The notes beneath the pieces are model-generated. The model saw only the letters and a list, made by a program, of their open reading frames with translations. It searched no databases and was not told the origin of the DNA. From contig JBNKBE010000005.1 in NCBI GenBank assembly GCA_050287085.1, forward strand, positions 160,001 to 224,000: a DNA stretch of 64,000 nt, given 5' to 3'. The DNA is from Polyangiaceae bacterium (GTDB lineage: Bacteria > Myxococcota_A > Polyangia > Polyangiales > Polyangiaceae). Shown piece after piece: positions 19,654 to 30,136 of this stretch (its first letter is position 1; each line of letters begins with the position of its first letter). The position numbers and the translations under genes are program-made.

Positions 19654-20982
19654 ATGGCGGAGCTGAGAACTACGACCCTCGCCGCCCTGGTCTTGGGACT
19701 CCTCGCTGGTGCCTGCGGCAAGGGCCTTTCGGATGTCGGACTGAGCAAGAGTGAGCCCGTCCAGGCCCCAGACGTTCCAGTCCCGGCCGCAAACGGCCCC
19801 AAGCTCGGAGCCACCGCCCATGCCACCCCCGTCCGTGAGCGTCCGGACAAGGAGGCAAGAATCATCGGCTACCTGCACGCCGGCAGTCGCGTTGCTCGCG
19901 CGGAGGATCCCTACTCGCGCGAGGGCTGTACTGAAGGCTGGTATCCCATCCGTCCCAAGGGTTTCGTATGCGCAGGGGAGGGCGCGACGACCGACCTCCA
20001 TCACCCGACGCTGACAACAATGGCCATCCAACCTCAGTTGGATGCGGCTCTGCCCTACACCTATGCCCGTACCACTGCAGATGGCACGCTGTACGCCGTA
20101 GACGAGAACGGCGAGCGCAAGGTTAAAGCCATAGCCCGCATTCCAAGTCGAAGCGGACTTGCCGTCGTAGGCAGCTGGCAGGCCCAGAACGAAGAGGGGA
20201 CGGAACTCTCGCTCGCGATGCTAACCAACGGCCAGTTCGTAGAAACGAAGTTGCTGCAGCCGGCAAAAACAACCGAGTTCTCAGGGATTGCGCTGAAGTC
20301 AGCCAAAGACCTCCCCGTCGCCTTCGTGCTCAAGCGCGGTGTGTACAGTTGGGAGCTCAAAGGCGCGGCTCTCAAGCGCCAGGACGCTTTGGAGTTCCAC
20401 CAAACACTGCACCTAACGGGACGATTTCGCGACGTGCTCGACCAGCGCTACTGGGAACAGAGTGACGGCACTTGGGTTCGCCATAGGGATGTCACCGTGC
20501 TGCGCGCACGCGACAAGTTTCCGCAGTTCGTTCATGCTACACGACGCTGGATAGATGTAAGCGTAATAACGGGCGCACTCGTCGCCTACGAGGGGCAGGT
20601 GCCCGTCTATGCGACGCTGGTCAGCGTCGGGCGCGATCGGCTCGGAGAAACCGAAGGAGCGGAGTCGGTAACGCAGCGCGGAGAGTTTCAGGTGGTGGCA
20701 AAACACCTAACTCTGCTCAACGCGCAAGTGCGTTCGTTCGCCAACCGTGTTGACATCTACGATACGCCGTGGGCTCTGGAATTGTCTTCCGGGCAGTTCG
20801 TGCATGGCTCCTACTGGCATCGACGGATCGGAATCGAACACGGACCTGGTAACCTGCAACTGTCACCCGCGGACGCACGGTGGCTGTGGCAATGGGTCAG
20901 TCCCGCGGTACCGGACGGATGGCACGCGGTGACGGATCCAGGGTCCGAAGACGAACGAACGATCGTCAACGTGCGACGATAA
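19654..20982 (+). CDS. L,D-transpeptidase (YkuD-fold) family lipoprotein lacking the catalytic Cys
   Basis: Lipobox LLAGAC; RWIDVS..LVAYEG..PVYATLVS.G, HGSYWH; the expected SHGCVNL reads GPGNLQL. Confidence 0.85.
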   Translation: MAELRTTTLAALVLGLLAGACGKGLSDVGLSKSEPVQAPDVPVPAANGPKLGATAHATPVRERPDKEARIIGYLHAGSRVARAEDPYSREGCTEGWYPIRPKGFVCAGEGATTDLHHPTLTTMAIQPQLDAALPYTYARTTADGTLYAVDENGERKVKAIARIPSRSGLAVVGSWQAQNEEGTELSLAMLTNGQFVETKLLQPAKTTEFSGIALKSAKDLPVAFVLKRGVYSWELKGAALKRQDALEFHQTLHLTGRFRDVLDQRYWEQSDGTWVRHRDVTVLRARDKFPQFVHATRRWIDVSVITGALVAYEGQVPVYATLVSVGRDRLGETEGAESVTQRGEFQVVAKHLTLLNAQVRSFANRVDIYDTPWALELSSGQFVHGSYWHRRIGIEHGPGNLQLSPADARWLWQWVSPAVPDGWHAVTDPGSEDERTIVNVRR

Positions 20983-20983
20983 T

Positions 20984-21706
20984 ATGTCAGCCCCGCCCTT
21001 CCCCCCAAGTAGCTCACCCATTCTGAGCGCGATCGAACACACGCTGCTGCGCTCGTCAGCGACGCCCAAGGAAGTTGAGGTGCTGTGCGCAGAGGCGATC
21101 GCCCATGGCTTCTTCGGCGTCTGCGTCAATCCGCGCTTCGTCTCACTCGCCGCTTCTGTCTTGGCGCACAGTCCGTCGCGAGTGGTCACGGTAGTGGGCT
21201 TTCCTCTGGGAGCCACCCTCGACGCTGCCGTGGCACGCGAGACTGAACTGGCCGTCGCAGCTGGAGCTCACGAAATCGACATGGTGATCCCGCTTGGCGC
21301 CGCACTATCAGGTGACTTCGCCGCAGTTGAAACCACGGTTGCAGCCGTGGTGCGTGCCGCAGCCCCCCACCCGGTCAAGGCAATCTTGGAAACAGGGTGG
21401 TTCGAGGGCGAAGCCCTTCGCGCCCCTGCCCTCGCTGCGCTCAACGGTGGCGCTCACTTTCTCAAGACCTCAACCGGTTTCGGCCCACGTGGTGCGACCA
21501 CGGAAGAGGTCGTTGTGCTTTCCCAACTCGCGGCCGGCCGCGCTCAAGTGAAGGCCGCCGGAGGGATCCGGACGCACAGCGACGCGCTGGCAATGCTCAA
21601 AGCCGGCGCCTCTCGCCTCGGAACCTCAAGCGGCGTAGCTATCGCGCAAGAAATCGAAACACGCACCGAGCGCCCTGCATCCCCGTCTCCGCAAACGAAC
21701 TACTAG
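20984..21706 (+). CDS. deoC: Deoxyribose-phosphate aldolase
   Basis: IEHTLL, VCVNP, VVGFPLG, EIDMV, KAILET, KTSTGF, VKAAGGIR, RLGTS. Confidence 0.96.
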   Translation: MSAPPFPPSSSPILSAIEHTLLRSSATPKEVEVLCAEAIAHGFFGVCVNPRFVSLAASVLAHSPSRVVTVVGFPLGATLDAAVARETELAVAAGAHEIDMVIPLGAALSGDFAAVETTVAAVVRAAAPHPVKAILETGWFEGEALRAPALAALNGGAHFLKTSTGFGPRGATTEEVVVLSQLAAGRAQVKAAGGIRTHSDALAMLKAGASRLGTSSGVAIAQEIETRTERPASPSPQTNY

Positions 21707-21824
21707 CGTACGGGGTGCCCATCGCGGACGGGTCTTGAGCCTGAGCCGTACGCTGGGGCCAAGCCCAGCATCCACGACGGCTGGGGAGGCAAGAGACGCC
21801 CCGAGGCCCAGGCGACTGTGGCGT

Positions 21825-23906
21825 CTACGCCAAACCCGCCGCCAACACGCGCAAGCTGTCGTGCCGATGGGCAATCGCATGCTGCAGCACGTCTGCAAGT
21901 TCCGCAGGCGTGAAGGGCTTCTGAATGCAGGGGTTGGTAACCTGGTCAAAGAGGTCCCTGGCCTCAGGCGTGAATGGACCACCAGTAATGAATATGAAGC
22001 GCTCAGCCAGCGACGGCTGCAAGCGCTTCACCTCGCGATGTAGATCCATTCCTGTCATGTTGGGCATCATGACATCGCAGAACACCACGTCGAACGCGCG
22101 GCTTGCGATAATCTCGAGGGCCTCACGTCCACCCCCCGCAATCGTGACGCGATGACGATGTCGCAGCAGCCGACGAATGGCTCGCGCAACGAAGGCGTCG
22201 TCGTCGACGACCAACACCTCCAACGAACGCGTAGCGTCGGGTGGGGGTACGGAACTCTTAGTGCAGACGGGTGCTTTGGTCGAAACCGGCGCCGGCAAGC
22301 GCAGGCGAAATGTGGAGCCTTCCCCTTCGCGGCTCTCGACTTCGATCTCGCCGCCCAGCGCTTTGACGATGTTCTGACAGATGGAGAGCCCCAAGCCCGT
22401 ACCCATGCCCACGGGCTTGGTCGTGTAGAAAGGATCGAAGATCTTCTTCAGCTTATCAGCAGCAATGCCACACCCGGTGTCGCTGATTTCTACAATCACC
22501 TGCTCGTCCGCACCGCGAACCATGACGCTGATGAGGTTGCTCGACGGATCCCCTTCGCGGATCGCGTGGGCGGCGTTCATCAGCATGTTGAGAAACACCT
22601 GCCCTAGGCGCGCATTCGCTTCGACAATGGGAACGTCGTCGTCGTATTCGCGCTGCAATCTGGCCCGAAAGCGGATTTCGTTCTGAGCAACCTTGATCGA
22701 GGAGTCGAGCAGCTGACGTACATCAACTGGACCCATCTTCTCGTCCGAACGAGAGAAGGTCTTCAGATCCTGCACGATCGCGCGCACCCGGTCCGCGCCA
22801 GAGCGGGCCTCTCGCAGTGCGTCACGCACCTCATGTTGGTCCGGTGGCAACTCCTGCAGCGCGTAAGAGATGTTGTTGAGAATGTACACCAAGGGATTGT
22901 TGATCTCATGGGCAACACCCGCCGCCAGCACCCCTACGCTGGCCAGACGATCCGCCTGCGCGAGCTGAATCTCCATCTGCTTTCGCTCGGTGATCTCGCG
23001 AGTGACAGCAAGAAGGTAGTCCCGCCCAACGTAGCGTCGCATGGACACAGCTGTTTCAACGGGAAACCGACTGCCGTCCTTTCGCCGGTAGTGGCTTTCG
23101 GTCGAGATGCCCTTCTCCCGCAACTCCGGCTGTTGCTTACGCCACTCCCCAGCTCCCAGATCGATTGCCTCGATGTCGAGTTTCATCAACTCGGCTGCAT
23201 CATAGCCGAGCATGCGGGCGGCGGTGGCATTGACGTCGATGAGCCGTCCCGTTTCCGGATCGATCATGAGGATGGCCTCTCCCGCCTGATCGAGGACAGC
23301 GCGAAAACGTGCCTCGTCGAAACCGACTTGCTGCTCTAGGCGCGCTTTTGCTTCGCGCAGTGCTTCCTGCGCCACGATCTCCTTGGTCACGTCCTTGACC
23401 GCGCCGTAGATCCGCACCACTCGTTCGCCGCTGCGATCCAGTTCCGGCGATGCGTAGTCGCGCAGCCACAACTCTCGTCCGTCGGGCGTAACCAGACGAT
23501 ACTCCAACATCATCGCGGTGCCCCGCAGCAGAGCGCTGTCGGTTGCGAAGTGTCGTTTCTGATCGGTCGCGTTCAAGAGCTCAATCCAACCGCCCTCATG
23601 GTTGATCTGCTCTACCGAGAAGCCGGTGATCTCCTGAAGGGCTCCCGTGGCCCACTCCAACATGAAGGCCCCGTGCTCATCAATGCGCAGCGCATAGACC
23701 CAATCCGAAGCCAGCTGAGAGATAATCCGATAGCGAACCGCGTCCTCTTCGCTCATGGCGACGACGCTCGTCACCTGATTGCGTCGCCGCTCCTGCGCGA
23801 GAGCGTCAACGAGTTCAGCTCGAATCGCGTGGCGTAGCGATGCGTCTTCGACTCCTTCGCGTTCGATCAAGGCCGCAATGCGGTTCACACGGTCATCAAT
23901 AAGCAT
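21825..23906 (-). CDS. PAS-PAS hybrid histidine kinase with C-terminal receiver
   Basis: Two PAS/PAC modules, AHEINNP, NMLMNA, DTGCG, GTGLGL, REC VVDDD..DVMMP..KP. Confidence 0.93.
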   Translation of the reverse strand: MLIDDRVNRIAALIEREGVEDASLRHAIRAELVDALAQERRRNQVTSVVAMSEEDAVRYRIISQLASDWVYALRIDEHGAFMLEWATGALQEITGFSVEQINHEGGWIELLNATDQKRHFATDSALLRGTAMMLEYRLVTPDGRELWLRDYASPELDRSGERVVRIYGAVKDVTKEIVAQEALREAKARLEQQVGFDEARFRAVLDQAGEAILMIDPETGRLIDVNATAARMLGYDAAELMKLDIEAIDLGAGEWRKQQPELREKGISTESHYRRKDGSRFPVETAVSMRRYVGRDYLLAVTREITERKQMEIQLAQADRLASVGVLAAGVAHEINNPLVYILNNISYALQELPPDQHEVRDALREARSGADRVRAIVQDLKTFSRSDEKMGPVDVRQLLDSSIKVAQNEIRFRARLQREYDDDVPIVEANARLGQVFLNMLMNAAHAIREGDPSSNLISVMVRGADEQVIVEISDTGCGIAADKLKKIFDPFYTTKPVGMGTGLGLSICQNIVKALGGEIEVESREGEGSTFRLRLPAPVSTKAPVCTKSSVPPPDATRSLEVLVVDDDAFVARAIRRLLRHRHRVTIAGGGREALEIIASRAFDVVFCDVMMPNMTGMDLHREVKRLQPSLAERFIFITGGPFTPEARDLFDQVTNPCIQKPFTPAELADVLQHAIAHRHDSLRVLAAGLA

Positions 23907-24253
23907 GGCTAGATCGGGAAAGGCGCGGCGCCGGAGCGCATCGCTCTACGGCCTTGCAACGGCACCTCGCCCGTTAAAGTTGAGTGTCGAATCCGGCCTG
24001 GTTCAAGTCAACCGTCGGGCAGCGTCCCCCAAGAGACAATAGAGGAAAGCGCTCGGCAATAAGTGCAGTGCTTCGCGCTAGATATGCGTTGACAAGCGAG
24101 AGTATAGCTCTCCCCGCCGGCCTCGCGCGGAGGCTTTTCGGCTCTCCACGCCCCGGGACCACCCCGGGTCTTGTCCTCGCCCCCAAGGCATGGCATTGAC
24201 GGCGTTTCTACTGGGGCCATTTGCCGGCCCAACAGCCGAATGAGGTCGTTACC

Positions 24254-24769
24254 GTGAGTTGTGTGTGCGGAGTGGGTGAATCCACCGAAACCTGTTGTCT
24301 TCCCATCATCCGAGGCAAGGCGCCCGCAAAAAGCGCGGAAGCGCTGATGCGCTCCCGCTACTCCGCCTATGTTCTCGGAGAAATCGACCACCTGATAGAT
24401 TCCGTGCATCCTGACAGCCCGGGCGACGCCGATCGCGAGTCTACCGAGGCTTGGTCCAAGGCGGCCGACTGGCAGCGCATAGAGGTCCTTGACGTCGTCG
24501 GTGGCGGTGAAAACGACGACGACGGCGAAGTGGAGTTCATCGCGCACTTCAAGGTGCAAAACATTCCCCAGCAGCACCGCGAACGCGCATCGTTCAAGAA
24601 GCTGGACGGGAAGTGGCTCTACTTCGACGGTGAACAGAAGAAGCAAGAGCCCATTCGCAGCAAGAAGGTGGGGCGCAACGACCCCTGCCCCTGCGGGAGC
24701 GGCAAGAAGTTCAAGAAGTGTTACCCAAACTGCCCCACTCCCTTTCCCGAGGGATACGCCCTAGACTGA
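24254..24769 (+). CDS. ychJ: YchJ-family (UPF0225) protein with SEC-C motifs
   Basis: [55 protein letters not shown]. Start GTG 24254 (or 24221). Confidence 0.9.
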   Translation: MSCVCGVGESTETCCLPIIRGKAPAKSAEALMRSRYSAYVLGEIDHLIDSVHPDSPGDADRESTEAWSKAADWQRIEVLDVVGGGENDDDGEVEFIAHFKVQNIPQQHRERASFKKLDGKWLYFDGEQKKQEPIRSKKVGRNDPCPCGSGKKFKKCYPNCPTPFPEGYALD

Positions 24770-24815
24770 CCTGAGCGGTGCCAGGCGTTCGGCTCACGGC
24801 CTGCTTTCGCTCCCA

Positions 24816-26249
24816 ATGACCGCCCCCTACGACGCCATTGTCACGGGTTCGGGCCCGAACGGTCTCACGGCGGCCGCCTTCTTGGCAAAGGCTGGCCTGC
24901 GTGTTCTCGTGATCGAAGCCCACTCCGAACTCGGGGGAGGACTCCGCACCGCAGAACTCACCCTTCCCGGCTTTCGGCACGACGTCTGTTCTGCCGTCCA
25001 CACCCTTGGATGCTTGTCGCCTGCCTTCGACGAGTTGGAGCTGGAAAGGCACGGCCTGACGTGGATTTACCCCAAACCCTCCTTCGCCCATCCCCTGGAC
25101 GATGATGACGGGGTATTGGTCCACCCCGACCTCGCGGCCACCGCCGCACAGCTCGGCGTCGACGGCAAACGCTACGAACGCCTCGTCGGCCCATTCGTGA
25201 GGGCGGGCCAAGATCTGTTCGCGGACCTGCTCGCTCCCCTCAGATTTCCTTCCCATCCCTTTCTGATGGCACGCATGGGAATGCTCGGCCTTTGGTCGGC
25301 GACTCGGCTCGGCTCTGTGATCTTCCGCGAGCAACGAGCCCGCGCGCTGCTGGCAGGTTGCGCCGCGCACGCCGTGTTGCCGCTCAGCGCTTGGCTCACC
25401 GGAGCTGTAGGACTGCTCTTTCTCACAGCCGCACATATTAAGCCATGGCCAGTAGCTCGCGGTGGCTCCGCCGCAATTCGGGACGCGCTGGTCGAGGTCT
25501 GCGCAGCTAACGGAGTCGAGTTCCGCACGCAGCAACACGTCCGCAGTCTGGCAGACTTGCCCCAAGCCCGGTGCTACCTATTCGATGTCGTACCTTCGCA
25601 GCTGATCGAGATCGCGAGCGATAGCCTGCCCTCTGGCTATCTGAAACGGCTTTCGCGTTTCCGCATGGGGCCCGGAGTATTCAAGGTCGACTGGGCTCTC
25701 AACGGTCCCATTCCTTGGCGCAACCCAGCGTTTGCCGACGCTTCCACCGTGCACGTCGGGGGTACATTGGAGCAGATTGCTGCCTCCGAACTCGACGTCG
25801 CTCGCGGCCGCCACCCGGACTCGCCGTTCATCATTGTTGCCCAGCAGAGTCATCTCGACGCTACCCGCGCCCCCGAGGGCATGCACACCGGCTACGCCTA
25901 TTGCCACGTTCCGGCCGGGTCCACCCTGGATATGACCGGCCCGATCGAGCGACAGCTCGAACGGTTCGCACCCGGCTTTCGCGATCGGATCGTCGCCCGC
26001 CACACCACGCATTGCGCGGCCCTGGAAGCCTACAACCCAAGCTACGTCGGGGGTGCCATCGGTGGAGGCACTCAAGACATCGCGCAGATGTTCACACGCC
26101 CCGTCGCGCGCCTGAACCCGTACACGACCCCGAATCCAAAGCTCTTCTTGTGCTCGCAAAGCACGCCACCAGGAGGGGGCGTACACGGCATGCCGGGTTA
26201 CCATGCGGCCAAGGCCGTGCTCGCGCGCTGGAAACGCCTGGCAAGCTAA
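24816..26249 (+). CDS. Phytoene dehydrogenase-like FAD-dependent oxidoreductase
   Basis: GSGPNGL, GGGLRT..LPGFRHDVCSAVH, STPPGGGVHGMPGYHAA. Confidence 0.9.
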   Translation: MTAPYDAIVTGSGPNGLTAAAFLAKAGLRVLVIEAHSELGGGLRTAELTLPGFRHDVCSAVHTLGCLSPAFDELELERHGLTWIYPKPSFAHPLDDDDGVLVHPDLAATAAQLGVDGKRYERLVGPFVRAGQDLFADLLAPLRFPSHPFLMARMGMLGLWSATRLGSVIFREQRARALLAGCAAHAVLPLSAWLTGAVGLLFLTAAHIKPWPVARGGSAAIRDALVEVCAANGVEFRTQQHVRSLADLPQARCYLFDVVPSQLIEIASDSLPSGYLKRLSRFRMGPGVFKVDWALNGPIPWRNPAFADASTVHVGGTLEQIAASELDVARGRHPDSPFIIVAQQSHLDATRAPEGMHTGYAYCHVPAGSTLDMTGPIERQLERFAPGFRDRIVARHTTHCAALEAYNPSYVGGAIGGGTQDIAQMFTRPVARLNPYTTPNPKLFLCSQSTPPGGGVHGMPGYHAAKAVLARWKRLAS

Positions 26250-26255
26250 GGGCCC

Positions 26256-27134
26256 TTAAGGACGCGAACGCGCCGTAGCGCAGCGGGGCGACCCAAGAAC
26301 GACCGTGACTCCACGGTTGGACGGCATCAGCTCGTTCCAGAGGCGGGTAATGGTCGGTTCCCCCGTGAAGATATCCACGTGATGGCCCTGTACTTTGAGG
26401 CCTCGGTCTTGAGCCAAGAAGCAACCGTCGTGGTAGCTTGACCCCGCGCGATCCAGGGGCAGGCCCTCATACTCGGGGATGTATAGGGAAGAGTTCATGG
26501 GGATGACGTCCGTGTCCACGGCGACGGTCATCAACGGTGTTATCGCTGTTCCCGCCGCACCACGCCCCCACGGAAAACGAGCCTTGTCCAGGGGCTGATA
26601 GCAGATCTTCTGCCCGGTACGTGGACACTCACGAGCGCATGAGCAGTCGCGTTTGGCAAAGCTCACCGGCGTACCGCTGACAAGCACGCCGCTTCCCTGT
26701 ACGCACAGCGCGTCGTGAAAGTCTCGACGTACGCTGGCGATCCGCCCACAACTAGCATTGAACAGCGCCACGCGCTCACCGGAAAAGGCCGCTTCGCTAG
26801 GAAAGTCGTAGTAGGTATTGCGAAACTTACCCAAGACGCGCCCCTCCGTCCGCGATACCGCGATACGCGCAACAACAACCTCCGGATTCTCCGCTGGATT
26901 CTCCGGGCGGGTGGCTCCGATGCGGGTCACGCGGTACCGTTCAAGCAGACTCCGTTCCCGGGCCGTTGGTGGAATGAATTCCCCCTGATGAGATTCATCA
27001 TAGGTCGGTGAATCATCGGCGGACCAGGCCTGTTTCGGACCGCAACCAGCGGCGCCTGTGAACGCCAAGAGGAAGCACCCGAGAGCCGCGTTCCGAACCG
27101 AGCGACTCCCAACACGCGACGTTCCGCTCGACAT
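26256..27134 (-). CDS. 3D-domain (MltA-like) lipoprotein
   Basis: Lipobox GAAGC; NTYY, VAVDTDVIP, AQDRG, HVDIF. Confidence 0.85.
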   Translation of the reverse strand: MSSGTSRVGSRSVRNAALGCFLLAFTGAAGCGPKQAWSADDSPTYDESHQGEFIPPTARERSLLERYRVTRIGATRPENPAENPEVVVARIAVSRTEGRVLGKFRNTYYDFPSEAAFSGERVALFNASCGRIASVRRDFHDALCVQGSGVLVSGTPVSFAKRDCSCARECPRTGQKICYQPLDKARFPWGRGAAGTAITPLMTVAVDTDVIPMNSSLYIPEYEGLPLDRAGSSYHDGCFLAQDRGLKVQGHHVDIFTGEPTITRLWNELMPSNRGVTVVLGSPRCATARSRP

Positions 27135-27193
27135 GTCGTCGCTACTTTTTTGCTTGTGGGCAGACTGCGAACTCACTCTGAACAACTCCGAAC

Positions 27194-27739
27194 CTACTTT
27201 TTGGGCAACACCGGCAAGGCACGCGCCCCGGAGCTAGACGACGTAGCCTCCCCGGCGCCGGGACTCCCAACCAAGCTGAGACGTTTCTTGGTTCGGCGCG
27301 CACTCTCCTCGAGGTAGGCACTGATCTGTTCGGGCGTCGGCACAGGCTTGGCTACCGCTTCCACACATTCCCCTCCGGGATCTGAGGTGATCGCCCCCCG
27401 GAGTGCTTCGTTGTTCTTGACCCAAGCTTGGATAAGGTCCGCCGGAACCCCGTGGGCTTCCAGGGTCTCCTCCAACAGACGGAGCCGACGCATGAAGTGT
27501 CCACCGCGGATCCCATGGGCGCCGTGGGCGTCTGGAAGCGGTCTCCCAGAATACGGAATATCGGCGCCCAAATGCCGAGCAGCGAGTTCGTATTCACGCT
27601 GCTTGACTGCAGCGACGTCCACACGCGCAAAGAAGAAACCGATCATCGGATCGGCCACGACCCGGTCGACGAAGTCAGCAACGATAGCGCGGACTGCGGC
27701 TTCACCACCTAGGCGTTCAAAGGCAGAATCCGAGGACAT
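27194..27739 (-). CDS. Group I truncated hemoglobin with C-terminal extension
   Basis: FERLGGEAAV..VADFVDRVVADPMIGFFF, YSGRPL..AH (proximal His). Confidence 0.88.
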   Translation of the reverse strand: MSSDSAFERLGGEAAVRAIVADFVDRVVADPMIGFFFARVDVAAVKQREYELAARHLGADIPYSGRPLPDAHGAHGIRGGHFMRRLRLLEETLEAHGVPADLIQAWVKNNEALRGAITSDPGGECVEAVAKPVPTPEQISAYLEESARRTKKRLSLVGSPGAGEATSSSSGARALPVLPKK

Positions 27740-27995
27740 TCACCGTCTCCAAGAAGGGCGTGTTGGATGCATACGCGCCCACCATACCCCAAAACAGGCC
27801 GCTGCGATGGGCGGTGCTTGCTCTCACCCAGCCGCAGACCTGTTTGTAATGAAGCAGCGGGCCGATGGCCGTCAACTATTGGGCGATGAATGAGCGAACA
27901 GCGGGCTTCTGGCTAGCTGCGACTCCTACAGTCCGCCCAGAAAGGCCACCTCGCGGCGGCTGGACGCTATTCGGGAAAGCGGGCAGACTGGCCGG

Positions 27996-28709
27996 GTGAA
28001 TCCCGACTCAAGCTCGCTACATCCCCCCTTTTTGCAGCGCACGGCGGCAAACCGCCGCTCGGTGGCCATCACGCGGCGCGCCGTGACTCGGCGCCACGTG
28101 CTGTCGGGCCTGGCCGCCCTGCTCTCGGGATGCGGCGGCGTCGAATGGCAGCGCTTCAGATCGCCCAGCTGGGCTGGCTATTCGGAACGCATCGCGCTGC
28201 TACCACTAGTCCTTTCGTCCACCCGCGAGTCAAGTGCTGCGGGCAGCCAGGCCCCGCCTTGGATCCTCGCCGGGGATGCCGGAAATGCCATGCCAGCTTC
28301 GCAATACGAACAGGCGACCCGTGCCGTGGAGCGTTTGATGCGCAAGGCTCTGGGCGACGAGCGAACCCTCATCACGCCCGAGCAGGTGAACCTCGTCATG
28401 AAGAAGAAGGTCTCACGCCCGCTCCCCGGCGCAAAAGCCGCAGGGCTCGCCGCCAAGTATACGGGCGCGCACGCGGGGCTATTGCTTAGCGTCATGGACT
28501 ACCAAACCCGCTCCGCCCCTGAGCCGTACGGAGAAGGCTTAACGCAGTTAGGTCTCTACGATGCCTCAGGGGACACGGTCTTCACCCTGAGCACCAAACT
28601 CCGCATGAGCGGCGAAAGCGGAACCCCGCCGCAACTAGGAGCGTTCGCCGTCTACGCCGCCGAGCAGCTCCAATCGGAGGTCAGCGACGTCATGACGGAA
28701 CTCGGATGA
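27996..28709 (+). CDS. Hypothetical lipoprotein (possible Tat signal)
   Basis: TRRHVL..LAALLSGC, followed by RIALLP. True start probably ~28083. Confidence 0.6.
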   Translation: MNPDSSSLHPPFLQRTAANRRSVAITRRAVTRRHVLSGLAALLSGCGGVEWQRFRSPSWAGYSERIALLPLVLSSTRESSAAGSQAPPWILAGDAGNAMPASQYEQATRAVERLMRKALGDERTLITPEQVNLVMKKKVSRPLPGAKAAGLAAKYTGAHAGLLLSVMDYQTRSAPEPYGEGLTQLGLYDASGDTVFTLSTKLRMSGESGTPPQLGAFAVYAAEQLQSEVSDVMTELG

Positions 28710-29452
28710 GCTGCACTCGTCCGAGACCCAGTCCCCACTGGCCAATGTACAGCTGGCTTGTATCTGCGGTACTGCTTGCAAGCAGTGCGTTGGCCACGCC
28801 CCAGCCGGACTACCGAACCCCCATGCCCACAACCAGTCGGGGACGAAGAGCCCCCGCATTCATCCACGCCAATCTATCGCCTCAACAGTGCCGCAAGCGG
28901 CTTCAGTCACTCGCGGCATCATTTCGAGGTGAACGTCGAAGCGTCCGCGGAATTGCGACTCCACTCCGCGTCTCGCGCGAGCTCTCGGGGGTCCATTGGA
29001 AGGTTCCGCCGCGCAGCAGCAGCTTCGGACTGCTCGACTGCAGACTGGCGCTGAGTCTGCAGGTCGCCTCCGAGGCGCTCGTCCCCTACGGGGTGACGGA
29101 GGTGTGGATCGACAACTTCTATCGCAAGAACGCGCGAGTCGCGGGCAAACACAAGCGCAGCCAACACCGCTACGGACTCGCGGCAGACATCACGGGGTTT
29201 CGTCTCGCAAACGGCCAGGTCCTGCGCATTGCCGAAGACTTCGGAGCGATCGACCGAGACCATGCAACCTGCGGCGCCGATGCGCCGGACAAGCTGGCCA
29301 CGACGCAGGCCAAACAGCTCCGCGACATCGTGTGCGCGATCGCCCGGTCCGGGGCCTTCCATCACATCCTGACGCCCAACTACAACGCCGCTCATAAGAG
29401 CCATCTACATCTGGACATCGAGCGCGGCAATCAACACTACTCGACCCACTGA
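28706..29452 (+). CDS. Extensin-like C-terminal family (LAS/M15-like metallopeptidase fold) secreted protein
   Basis: DCRLA, SQHRYGLAADI, LTPNYNAAHKSHLHLD. Confidence 0.85.
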   Translation: MSCTRPRPSPHWPMYSWLVSAVLLASSALATPQPDYRTPMPTTSRGRRAPAFIHANLSPQQCRKRLQSLAASFRGERRSVRGIATPLRVSRELSGVHWKVPPRSSSFGLLDCRLALSLQVASEALVPYGVTEVWIDNFYRKNARVAGKHKRSQHRYGLAADITGFRLANGQVLRIAEDFGAIDRDHATCGADAPDKLATTQAKQLRDIVCAIARSGAFHHILTPNYNAAHKSHLHLDIERGNQHYSTH

Positions 29453-29497
29453 ATCGCCACGGTCTCACCCGCAAAGAATCCACGTAGCGGCGCCGCT

Positions 29498-30136
29498 CTA
29501 GCTCGTCAGCCTCAGGGTCCCCACGATACGCCGCCGCGCGATATCCTCCAGAACGCCGATCAGCAGCTGCTTCTCCGCGGCTTGAACTCGCGCAGAGAGC
29601 GCATCAACGCTGTCGCCGGCTAGAACCTCGACCTCGACTTGCGCCAGCGGGGCACCGGTATCGTATTCCGCGTCCACGAGGTGAACGGTGCACCCAGAAG
29701 AACGCTCGCCCGCAGCCAAGACGGCACGATGCACGTTTTCACCGAACATGCCGGCCCCGCCGAACTTTGGCAGCAACGCTGGGTGGGTGTTGATGATGCG
29801 TCCCTGAAACGCCCGAAGCGTGGCAGGTCCTAACTTCTTCATATAGCCAGCAAGGACTACCACCTCGACGTCTTGCTCCCGCAGCGCGCGAACGATCGCA
29901 GCGTCCAAGTCGCCCGGCTCCGGATTTGTACCACCTGAAAGGTGATGTGTCACAACCCCCGCTTCAGCGGCTCGGGCGAGCGCCCTCGAACGCGAATTGT
30001 TGCCGATGACGACCGCAACTTCCGCATGCAACTGCCCCCCCCGCGCAGCGTCGAGGATCGCTTGCAGCGTAGTTCCGGTATGGGACGCAAGCACGCCAAG
30101 CCGCAGTTTAGGGGGTGCCAGCACGAACTCCACCAT
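29498..30136 (-). CDS. purN: Phosphoribosylglycinamide formyltransferase
   Basis: VLASHTGTTLQAI, VLAGYMK, INTHPALLPKFGG, GCTVHLVD..YDTG. Start trimmed. Confidence 0.93.
   Translation of the reverse strand: MVEFVLAPPKLRLGVLASHTGTTLQAILDAARGGQLHAEVAVVIGNNSRSRALARAAEAGVVTHHLSGGTNPEPGDLDAAIVRALREQDVEVVVLAGYMKKLGPATLRAFQGRIINTHPALLPKFGGAGMFGENVHRAVLAAGERSSGCTVHLVDAEYDTGAPLAQVEVEVLAGDSVDALSARVQAAEKQLLIGVLEDIARRRIVGTLRLTS

Noticed and set aside
24089..24170. TTGACA and three short hairpins between the divergent kinase and ychJ
   Set aside because: No -10 element at a proper spacing, and the stems are 5-6 bp, expected by chance at this GC content.
24816..26249. Carotenoid biosynthesis cluster
   Set aside because: The phytoene dehydrogenase-like genes are isolated, with no crtB or crtE nearby.
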